Source: Lentisphaerota bacterium
GTDB lineage: Bacteria; Verrucomicrobiota; Kiritimatiellia; RFP12; JAAYLN01
Assembly (NCBI GenBank): GCA_012514915.1
Contig: JAAYZJ010000318.1
Span: forward strand, 1 to 35,905
Length of the DNA stretch: 35,905 nt
Direction of reading: 5' to 3'
The position numbers and the translations under genes were made by a program. Below the pieces are notes generated by a model that made no database searches, was not told the origin of the DNA, and worked only from the letters and a program-made list of their open reading frames with translations. Positions 26,072 to 33,606 of the stretch are shown here, piece after piece; the stretch's first letter is position 1, and every line of letters begins with the position of its first letter.

Positions 26072-28488
26072 CATTGGCCCTCCCAAGCCCTGCTGCGGCG
26101 CGGCGGCGCGGGCGTCTCGCAGTCGCCGTTCTGGCCTGCGGATGCGCGGCGGCGTTCGCGGCGGCGCGCGCCGCCGACGATGCGATCGCGCCGGGCGACC
26201 GCAAGCAACTGGCCGACGGGCTCTTCAGCCGCGGCCTGTACGCGCTGGCGCTGCCGGAATACCAGGCGCTGGCAGGAATCCGGCCGCCCGTGCCGCCGCT
26301 CGACGAGATCCTCTTCCGCCTCGGGGAGTGCCAGCGGCGGCTCGAGCAGCCCGCCGAGGCGGAGAGCAGCTACCGGCGACTGGCGGCGGAATGCCCGGCC
26401 AGCCCCTTGCGCGACCGCGCCGTCCTCATGCGCGGCCTGATCGTTCTGGAGATGGGTCGCCCCGCGATCGCCGCCGAACTGCTGGAATCGCTGCTGTCCA
26501 CCAACGCCGCGCCCGATGTGGCGGGCGCCGCGCGCTACCACGCCGGGCAGGCCCGCGAGCAGGCGGGGGATCTCGCCCGCGCGCAGGAGCACTATCAGGC
26601 TCTGCGTGTGCAGGCGCCCGCCCATGAACTCGCCGTCTACGCGGGCCTGCGGCTGGCCGCCCTCCGTGCGCGGGAGCAGACGCCCGCCGCGACGGCCGCC
26701 GCCCTCGCCATCTACCAGCAGATTGCCGACCAGCCTCCCGACGCCCGCGCGGGCGCCGAGGCGCTGTTCCAGGCGGCCACGCTCGCCGACCAGTCGGGCG
26801 ACGGCGAGACTGCCGCCCGCCTGTACCGCCGGCTCGCCGAGCGCTACCCCCTCGACAGCCGCACCGCCGAGGCGGCCCGTCCGGCCGCGTGGGCCCATCT
26901 GCGCACCGGCCGCACGGCCGATGCGCTCGCCTACGCCACCCGTGCCCTGGCCGAGGCCTCCACCCTCACGCCCGCCGAGCGCGCCGAATGGCACTACCTC
27001 CAGGCCAACAGCCAGCGGCTGCTCGAGCAGCGGGACGAGGCCGTGGCGAGCTACGACGCCCTCCTCCTGGTTGACCCCCGCTCGTCCTTCGCGCCGGCCG
27101 CCCGCTTCGAGCGGCTGGTGGCGCTGTTCAAGAGCGGCGCCTACGAGCGGGTGCTCAAGGACGCCGACGCCTTCACCGATCCCCCGCCCAACCAGCGGCC
27201 CGACCTGCTCTGGATGCAGGCCAACGCCGCCGAGGCGCTCAAGGATGCCGCGCGCGCCGTGCAGTTCTACCGGATGCTGGCCGAGCAGGCCCCGCAAAGC
27301 CCCCTGGCGGCCGACGCCACCTACCGCCTCGCCTACCAGCTCCAGCAGCAGCAAGCCTGGGCCGAGGCCTCGCGCCGCTATCTCGAACTCGCCGACCGCT
27401 GGCCGACGAACGCGCTTGCACCCCGTGCCCTGTTCGCTTCGGGACTCTGCCTGGCGCAGGCGGGACAACCCGACGGCGCCCTGCGCGACTGGCGCCGCCT
27501 CCTGACCACCTTTCCCACGCACGAGACGGTTCCCGACGCGCTGTTTCAAAAGGGGCTGGAGGAAATCCGCCTGGGCCAGGACCGCGAGGCCGGCACCACG
27601 CTTGACGGGCTGCTGCGCGAACACGACGGCTACGCGCGGCTCGACGAGGCGCGCTTCTGGCGAGCTCACCTCGCCTACGCCGCCCGCGAGTTCGCGCTCG
27701 CCGAGCAGTTCCTCCGCGCCGCCCTGGCCGGCCACCCTCCCGTCGCGGTGCGGCGCGAGGCCGAATTCCTCCTGGGCCTCGTCCTGCAGGCGACCGGGCG
27801 CGACGCCGAAGCGGCCGCCTGTTTCCAACCCCTGCTCCACGCGCCGATCATCGAGAAATTCACGATCGACCGCCTCAGTTGGCTGGCCGAATTTCAATAC
27901 GCGCGCCAGGCGCTGGCCGAGTCGGAGGCGGCGGCGCGGGCCATGCAGGCGCACGCCCCGTCCGACGACTGGCGACAGGCCGCCGCGGCATTGCTCGGCC
28001 GCGCCCTTCAGGGGGCCGGGAAACGGGACGAGGCGATCACCGCCTACCAGCAGGCCCTGGCGACTCCCGCCCGCACCCGCTACGGCGCCGAGGCGGCGCT
28101 GCGTCTGGGCGAGCTCCTGCTCGAGACCGGCCGCGCGGCCGAGGCCGAAGGCCGCCTGCGGGATGCCGCCGAACGAGCCGCGGTTCCCGAACTGCAGGAC
28201 ATCCGCGCGCTGGCCTACGCGGCCTTGGGACAGGCTGCCGAGCGGCGCGGCGACCGCGAGACCGCCATCCGCTACCACATGAGCGTCGCCCTCCTCTTCG
28301 ACGATGCCGACCGGGTGCCCGCCGCCCTCGACCGCGCCGCCACGCTGCTGGCCGAACTCGGCCGCGGGGAAGAGAGCCGGGCCGCCGCGGATGAACTGCT
28401 GACCCGCTACCCCGACGCGCCGCAGGCGGCCCGCTGGCGCGCCGACGCGGCGGCACCGGCCACCCCCCCGGCCGGGGAGGGGCCCTGA
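26068..28488 (+). CDS. Exported or lipoprotein-like tetratricopeptide-repeat protein (806 aa)
   Basis: GTG start overlaps the exbD stop (GTGA at 26068-26071). N-terminal signal sequence RRRGRLAVAVLACGCAAAFAAARA, with a possible lipobox (VLAC). The rest is wall-to-wall TPR-like helical repeats (..A.Y..G.....G....A...Y..L....P.S..A..A). The mirror ORF 26038-28494 is rejected. Confidence 0.75.
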   Translation: MTLALPSPAAARRRGRLAVAVLACGCAAAFAAARAADDAIAPGDRKQLADGLFSRGLYALALPEYQALAGIRPPVPPLDEILFRLGECQRRLEQPAEAESSYRRLAAECPASPLRDRAVLMRGLIVLEMGRPAIAAELLESLLSTNAAPDVAGAARYHAGQAREQAGDLARAQEHYQALRVQAPAHELAVYAGLRLAALRAREQTPAATAAALAIYQQIADQPPDARAGAEALFQAATLADQSGDGETAARLYRRLAERYPLDSRTAEAARPAAWAHLRTGRTADALAYATRALAEASTLTPAERAEWHYLQANSQRLLEQRDEAVASYDALLLVDPRSSFAPAARFERLVALFKSGAYERVLKDADAFTDPPPNQRPDLLWMQANAAEALKDAARAVQFYRMLAEQAPQSPLAADATYRLAYQLQQQQAWAEASRRYLELADRWPTNALAPRALFASGLCLAQAGQPDGALRDWRRLLTTFPTHETVPDALFQKGLEEIRLGQDREAGTTLDGLLREHDGYARLDEARFWRAHLAYAAREFALAEQFLRAALAGHPPVAVRREAEFLLGLVLQATGRDAEAAACFQPLLHAPIIEKFTIDRLSWLAEFQYARQALAESEAAARAMQAHAPSDDWRQAAAALLGRALQGAGKRDEAITAYQQALATPARTRYGAEAALRLGELLLETGRAAEAEGRLRDAAERAAVPELQDIRALAYAALGQAAERRGDRETAIRYHMSVALLFDDADRVPAALDRAATLLAELGRGEESRAAADELLTRYPDAPQAARWRADAAAPATPPAGEGP

Positions 28489-30254
28489 TGCCACCCTATG
28501 CTTCCTTCAGCCCCGACGGGCACGGCGAACGCAGCAACCACCATTCCCTGCTGCTGGCGCTGGCCATCACCGTCTCGTTCATCGCCCATCTGGTGCTGAT
28601 GATGACCATCTCGGACTGGACGTTCGAGCAGGTGCGCATCGTGGCGGCGGTGCCCGATCCGCCCCGCCCACCCCTGCGGGTCGAGCGGATGGAGCGGGAC
28701 CCGCAGCGCGCCCTGGGCAACCCCGAGACGGGGCGTCCCGAGGACGGCGCCGGGGTTGGGGTTCCGCGCGAACAGCTTCATGCGCTGGCCCGCCTGCCCG
28801 ACCCTGCCCTGGTCACGCCGCCCGCCCGCACCCCCGCTTCGCTCGCGGGCACCCTGGTGAACCTGCAGGCGCCGCCGCGGCAGCCCACTGCGCTGGGCTG
28901 GCAGCCCCGCCAGCAGATCGTGGCCATCGTCGACCGGACGGTGAAGGACGACCTGGCGACCCTGCCGCGCCGCGAAATCGCCCGCATCGAGCGGGTCGCG
29001 CGCGCCCCCGACTACGTCCCGGCGGTGGATGTCACCCGCGACCGTTTCGGCGGCGAGGCCGAAGTGCGCCCGCCACCCGCCGCGCAGACCGTCCGGACGG
29101 GCGGCGAAACGCCCGTCGCCGACCCGCCGGCACCCGCCGACGCCGCCATCCGCCTCGACGAGGGGGCCACCCCCGACGCCGCCATCCACCGCTTCGGCGA
29201 GCGGCCTGGCGACGTCAGCGACTACACGGCCATCGACTCGCGCCTGATGGCCCGGATCGAGACGTTTGCCCCCGACGGTCCGGAGGGGCGCCGCTACTTC
29301 CGGCTGAACATCGCCCGGCGAGACGGCGAGACGCTGCCGGTCGTGCCGAAGGACATCATCTTTCTGCAGGACAGCTCGCGCAGCCTCGCCGAGGAGCGCC
29401 TCTACTTCTGCCGGCAGGCGCTCAAGCGCCTGGTCCCGCGACTGAACCCCGGCGACCGCTTCAACATCGCCCGCTTCAGCGACGCGCCGACCTTCTGCTT
29501 CGAGACCTGGACCCCGGTCACGCCGGCGTCGGTCGCCGCCGCCGACGCGTTCATCGACACCATGCGCTCCGAGGGGGAAACCGACGTGTTCGCCTCGGTC
29601 CGCACGCTGCAAAGCCTGCCGCGCGATCCGGCACGGCCCCTGATCGCCGTCGTCATCACCGACGGCCGTGCCACCGCCGGCCTGACGGCAAGCACGGCGA
29701 TCATCGGCGAGTTCTCCAAAATGAACGCCGATGGGTGCTCGGTCTTCGCCCTCGGCACCCACGGCCGCGCGAACGCCTACCTGCTCGACCTGCTCACCTT
29801 CTGCAACCGGGGCGCCTCGACGATCGTCACCAGCGGCCGCTGGGACATCCCCCGCGAGATCGAGGCGCTGGTCGACGGTCTCGCGCGCCCGGTTCTGGGC
29901 AACGTGCGGGTGACGGCCGACCTGGCCTCGCAGGCCGACCTGCAGCCGCTGCCCGCCGCCAACCTGTATGCCGACCGGACGCTCGAGTTCTTCGGCACGA
30001 CCCCGCCCGGCGTGACGAACCTCGTCCTCCAGGTGCGCGGCGAGGGAGGCGCGACCGCCTGCGACGTGATCTTCCAACTCGACCTGGCGGCGGCGCCCGC
30101 GGGGGGCGAGGCGGTGCGGAAGGGATGGGCGCGGCGCAAAATGCACAGCCTGATCGGCGCCTACGCCCGCGAGCCCGGCGAGCCGCTGCTGCGGGAGATG
30201 CGGCAACTGAGCCGCCTGTACAACGTGCCGATCCCCTACCGGGACGAACTCTAA
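28488..30254 (+). CDS. Membrane-anchored von Willebrand factor A (VWA) domain protein with a TonB/TolA-like N-terminal anchor and Pro-rich spacer
   Basis: The ATG at 28488 shares one nt with the TPR gene's TGA (TGATG). The TM helix at residues 20-41 contains S30-x3-H34 (VSFIAHLVL). Residues 55-245 are Pro-rich and low-complexity. The VWA fold spans about 288-460 with a complete MIDAS site (D295-S-S297-R-S299, T365 in GETD, D392 in TDG). The C-terminal beta-rich region resembles VIT/VWA (YfbK-like) tails. Confidence 0.75.
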   Translation: MPPYASFSPDGHGERSNHHSLLLALAITVSFIAHLVLMMTISDWTFEQVRIVAAVPDPPRPPLRVERMERDPQRALGNPETGRPEDGAGVGVPREQLHALARLPDPALVTPPARTPASLAGTLVNLQAPPRQPTALGWQPRQQIVAIVDRTVKDDLATLPRREIARIERVARAPDYVPAVDVTRDRFGGEAEVRPPPAAQTVRTGGETPVADPPAPADAAIRLDEGATPDAAIHRFGERPGDVSDYTAIDSRLMARIETFAPDGPEGRRYFRLNIARRDGETLPVVPKDIIFLQDSSRSLAEERLYFCRQALKRLVPRLNPGDRFNIARFSDAPTFCFETWTPVTPASVAAADAFIDTMRSEGETDVFASVRTLQSLPRDPARPLIAVVITDGRATAGLTASTAIIGEFSKMNADGCSVFALGTHGRANAYLLDLLTFCNRGASTIVTSGRWDIPREIEALVDGLARPVLGNVRVTADLASQADLQPLPAANLYADRTLEFFGTTPPGVTNLVLQVRGEGGATACDVIFQLDLAAAPAGGEAVRKGWARRKMHSLIGAYAREPGEPLLREMRQLSRLYNVPIPYRDEL

Positions 30255-30284
30255 CGCCCCGGATGGTCGACGGTTGTCACCCGC

Positions 30285-31229
30285 ATGGCTTCGCGATTCA
30301 AAATGGCCCTCCGACAGCGGCGCGCACGGTGCGAACACTCGGCCATCGCCCTGGCGCACTGGATGTTCACGCGGCGCACCCGCCGCCAGATTCTCCAGGC
30401 GGCGCGCTGGATCGGCGATGCCGGCTGGATTCTCGCACACCGCCACCGCCGCATTGCCGCCGCCAATCTCGGGGTGATCTACGGCGACCGGCTGAGCGAG
30501 CGGAGGCGGCGCGCCCTGATCCGCGCCCACTTTCGCCATGCCGCCCGCGTGCTGCTCGACGTCTTCTGGTTCGCGCACGACGGCCAGGCGCGCACCGCCG
30601 ACTGGATGACGATCGAGCCTTCCATGCTGGCCTGGCTGGACGCGCATCCCAGCGCGGTCATCGTGACGGGGCATATCGGCAACTGGGAAGCGGCCGGCCA
30701 GATGGCCGTGGCGCGGGGCTATCCGCTGACGAGCGTCGCCAAGCGGATCGGCACCCCGGACACGACCACGACGCTCAACCGCTACCGCCGATCCCTCGGC
30801 CAGAAGATCGTGATGAGCGAAGGGGCCGTCCGCGGACTGGTGCGGGCCTTGCAGGCCAAGGAATACGTGGCACTCCTGCTTGACCAGCATGTCGAGCCGC
30901 AGCAGGGCGGCGTCTGGGTGAACCTCTTCGGCCTGCAGGCCGCCGTCTCCAGCGCTGCCGCGCGCCTCGCACGCAAGTTCGCCGTCCCCGTCGCGGTTTG
31001 CTTCGCGCAGGCCCTTCCCGACGGACGCTACCGCTGTCGGCTGCTCGGCGTCTGCGAGGCGGATGCGGACGACCCGGTGCCGATGACGCAGCAGATCATG
31101 GATCTGCTGGCCCGCGCGATCCGGCGCTATCCCTCACAGTGGCTCATGAGCTACAAGCGCTGGAAACGCTGGCCCCCCGGCGCCGCCGCCGGCCAGTACC
31201 CTTTCTACGCCCGTCCCTGGCGGCCGTAG
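30285..31229 (+). CDS. Lipid A biosynthesis (Kdo)2-lipid IVA acyltransferase family protein (LpxL/HtrB-like)
   Basis: 314 aa. HIGNWE (the HX4E acyltransferase motif), then LLDQH .. G.WV.LFG and YPSQWLMSYKRWK, typical of the lauroyl/myristoyl acyltransferase family. An alternative start is at 30303. Confidence 0.75.
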   Translation: MASRFKMALRQRRARCEHSAIALAHWMFTRRTRRQILQAARWIGDAGWILAHRHRRIAAANLGVIYGDRLSERRRRALIRAHFRHAARVLLDVFWFAHDGQARTADWMTIEPSMLAWLDAHPSAVIVTGHIGNWEAAGQMAVARGYPLTSVAKRIGTPDTTTTLNRYRRSLGQKIVMSEGAVRGLVRALQAKEYVALLLDQHVEPQQGGVWVNLFGLQAAVSSAAARLARKFAVPVAVCFAQALPDGRYRCRLLGVCEADADDPVPMTQQIMDLLARAIRRYPSQWLMSYKRWKRWPPGAAAGQYPFYARPWRP

Positions 31230-31251
31230 CCGGCAACCTATCGTCTCGCTT

Positions 31252-31312
31252 CGGATGACGACAACGGGGCACGACCACGGGACACGATTGGCTGCGCTCC
31301 CCTCGTCATCCG
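31252..31312. other. Long imperfect hairpin in the 200-bp convergent intergenic region (possible terminator or small structured RNA)
   Basis: cggatgacga (31252-31261) is the exact reverse complement of tcgtcatccg (31303-31312). After a 4-nt bulge, gggg (31266-31269) pairs with cccc (31299-31302). The loop is about 29 nt. No T-tract follows. Confidence 0.3.
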
Positions 31313-31429
31313 TAGTCGCGCGCCGTCGCCGTGTTCCGATATCCCGTGCGCGAGGCGGCTCAACCCGCAAGGGGAGTCATCAATCAACACAAGAGGCTTG
31401 ATCGGCACAGCCGCGCCGGAGTCCCGCCT

Positions 31430-32443
31430 TCAGGCGGAAGTCCCAGGGGGCTTGATGCCCTCAGTGATCTCGACCAACTGCGGCTCGCGTCCCCACCAGT
31501 CGTCCAGGATGCGGCGGTAGTCGTCGGGATGCCGACTCGTGCGGATTTGGCGCCAGAGGAACGGGCCATCGACAAACCGCGCATGCAGGTAGCTCCAGAG
31601 CTCCTTGAGCCGGCCGAGGAGCGGGGCCGGGCCGGACAGCTCGTGCGCCGACTGATCGCCGAAGTCGTCGAGAAAGGCGCGCAGCCGCTCGATGGCGACG
31701 GGGCGGGGATCGCCGCGGATCCGGCCGGGCAGAAAGGGATCGGCGATGATCCCACGCCCGATCATCCAGCCCGACACGGCGGGAAAGCGGCGCCGCAGCT
31801 CGGCCAGATCGGCGGCGGTCCGGATGTCGCCATTGTAGCAGACCGGGTGTCGGCAGGCCTGCAGCGCTGCGGCAAAACCGTCGAGGTCGACATGCCCCTC
31901 GTAGCGCTGCCGCGCCGTCCGCGCGTGAATGGTCACCTCGCGCAACGGATAGCCATTCAGCAGGTCCATGCGTTCCAGCAGCAGGCCGGAGCTCTCGATC
32001 CCCAGCCGGACTTTAATCGAGAACCCACCGGGCATCAGCGCGCATCCCGTGTCCAGCATGCGCCGCAGCGCATCGGCATCGCGCAGCAGGCCGGCGCCGC
32101 GCCCCTTCTTGACGATCATCGGCCAGGGACAGCCGGCGTTGAGGTCGCAGCGGGCATAGCCCAGCCCCCGGATGGCCAGCAGCAGCGTCCGGAGTTCGGT
32201 GGACGACTTGCCGATGACCTGCGGCACCAGCGCCAGTGCCTGGTTGCGGGCCGGCTCGATGTCCGTCAAATGGGTTGCCTTGATGCGCACGCCGGCGACG
32301 GTGGTGAGAAACGGGGAGACGGCGCCGTCCAGATGTCCGAAATGGCGGGTAAGACATTGGCGGAAGGTGAGGCCGGTGACACCCCGCAGGGGTGCCAGCC
32401 ACAGGGTCTGCGGGCTCGGCGGCATGGAGACGGGCCTGGTCAC
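31430..32443 (-). CDS. dus: tRNA-dihydrouridine synthase
   Basis: 337 aa. LAPLRGVT, the NAGCP catalytic-Cys motif, HARTA..Y.G and MIGRG are Dus-family hallmarks. The GTG start at 32443 overlaps the ftsZ TGA (GTGA). An alternative ATG is at 32425. Confidence 0.85.
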   Translation of the reverse strand: MTRPVSMPPSPQTLWLAPLRGVTGLTFRQCLTRHFGHLDGAVSPFLTTVAGVRIKATHLTDIEPARNQALALVPQVIGKSSTELRTLLLAIRGLGYARCDLNAGCPWPMIVKKGRGAGLLRDADALRRMLDTGCALMPGGFSIKVRLGIESSGLLLERMDLLNGYPLREVTIHARTARQRYEGHVDLDGFAAALQACRHPVCYNGDIRTAADLAELRRRFPAVSGWMIGRGIIADPFLPGRIRGDPRPVAIERLRAFLDDFGDQSAHELSGPAPLLGRLKELWSYLHARFVDGPFLWRQIRTSRHPDDYRRILDDWWGREPQLVEITEGIKPPGTSA

Positions 32444-33606
32444 CGATCCAGCACGATCCCCAGGCGGAGATAGGTGGGGCGGTCGAGATCCTCGCCGTTG
32501 ATCAGCGTCGCCTCGACATCCTTGAAGCGTCCGCGTCCCTGCAGGCGGCCGCCGGTTCTGCCGCGCGGGCGGCGCGCGGCAGGCCGCAGATCGCCGGCGA
32601 GGCTTCCCCCCGCCGCGTCGAACGTCTCCTCCGCCGCCGGCTCCGGCAGGCGCGCCCCCGGCTGCCGCGGCCCGTCGAACAGCAGCGCGACGAGGTGGAT
32701 GGAGCCGGCATAACGCTCGTCAAGCACGGTTCCCATGCGCCATTCGCATCCCCGCGCCAAGGCGGCCTGCATGTGCTTGGAAATCTCCGACAGCTCGGCG
32801 AGGCGCAGGTCGCCGCCGGCCAGCACGCCCAGGGTGATGGCCTGCACCTCCTGCAACGGTGGCGCCTTCCCGAGCAGCGGACTGCGGCACAGCCGGGCGA
32901 CGGCCTCCGTGGCGCGCGCGGCGCCGGCGGCGGAGGCCACGGCCAGGCGGCACCGCCCCCTCCCCTGCGCCAGCACGGCCAGCAGCGACTCGGCATCCAG
33001 CGCAATGAACCCGGGCGTCGTGACCAGCCGCCAGAAGAGGGTGAGCGCCGCGCTGAAAACCGCTTCGGCCTGCGGCATGGCGTCCGCCAGCGTCTCGTGG
33101 GCGCCGGCGACGGCGTAAAGCTGATCCAGCGGGAGGACCACGAGGCCGTCGCTGGCCTCTTCGATCAGCGGCAGCGCCCGCTCCGCCTGCGTCAGGCGCT
33201 CGCGCCCCTCGAAGGCGAAGGGGAGGGTTGCCAGGCAGAGGGTATGGGCGCCGGCATTGCGCAGGGTGTTCAGAACCAGGGGGGTGGCGCCATTGCCGAC
33301 CCCGCCGCCGAGGGCCGTCACGACGACGGCCAGCCGCACGCCGGCCAGGGCCGCGGCGACCGCCTCGGCATCGTCCTGGGCCGCCGACCGTCCCTTGACC
33401 GGATCCCCGCCCGTTCCGTGCCCGTCGAACCGCTTGGCCCCGAGAATCATGCAGCGCATGTTGCCGATGCCGCGGGTGGCGACGGCGTCGCTGTCAAACC
33501 CGATGGCCGCCAGTTCGCCGTCGAAGGTCCGCACGGCCGCCGAAGCCAGGCGGCAGCCGCCGCCGCCGACCCCGACAAGCATCATCGAAACGATTGCGTC
33601 GTTCAT
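32440..33606 (-). CDS. ftsZ: Cell division protein FtsZ (divergent)
   Basis: Start at ATG 33606 (MNDAIVSMMLVGVGGGG..), overlapping the ftsA TGA (ATGA). The 212 upstream codons of ORF 32440-34242 lie inside ftsA and are rejected. Collinear with the FtsZ core and in the correct dcw position after ftsA. The C-terminal peptide EDLDRPTYLRLGI resembles the conserved FtsA-binding tail. The signature reads GGGVGNG instead of GGGTG[ST]G. Confidence 0.8.
   Translation of the reverse strand: MNDAIVSMMLVGVGGGGCRLASAAVRTFDGELAAIGFDSDAVATRGIGNMRCMILGAKRFDGHGTGGDPVKGRSAAQDDAEAVAAALAGVRLAVVVTALGGGVGNGATPLVLNTLRNAGAHTLCLATLPFAFEGRERLTQAERALPLIEEASDGLVVLPLDQLYAVAGAHETLADAMPQAEAVFSAALTLFWRLVTTPGFIALDAESLLAVLAQGRGRCRLAVASAAGAARATEAVARLCRSPLLGKAPPLQEVQAITLGVLAGGDLRLAELSEISKHMQAALARGCEWRMGTVLDERYAGSIHLVALLFDGPRQPGARLPEPAAEETFDAAGGSLAGDLRPAARRPRGRTGGRLQGRGRFKDVEATLINGEDLDRPTYLRLGIVLDR

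Noticed and set aside
24741-30254. I considered whether the MotA/ExbB-like module is a Zorya-type anti-phage system or a Bat (Bacteroides aerotolerance) operon.
   Set aside because: For Zorya: there are no ZorC/ZorD-like nuclease or helicase genes, the second subunit is ExbD/TolR-type rather than MotB/OmpA-type, and the neighbours are housekeeping genes. For Bat: there are no MoxR ATPase or DUF58 genes and only one VWA protein. It is therefore reported as a distinct Exb/Tol-like module.
26038-30890. Two very long minus-strand ORFs (26038-28494, 818 aa; 28407-30890, 827 aa) mirroring the TPR and VWA genes.
   Set aside because: Their G/R/A/P-rich, low-complexity composition is typical of antisense frames in about 70% GC DNA. 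No motifs are present. The plus-strand frames carry clear TPR repeats, a VWA MIDAS site and coupled start/stop overlaps.
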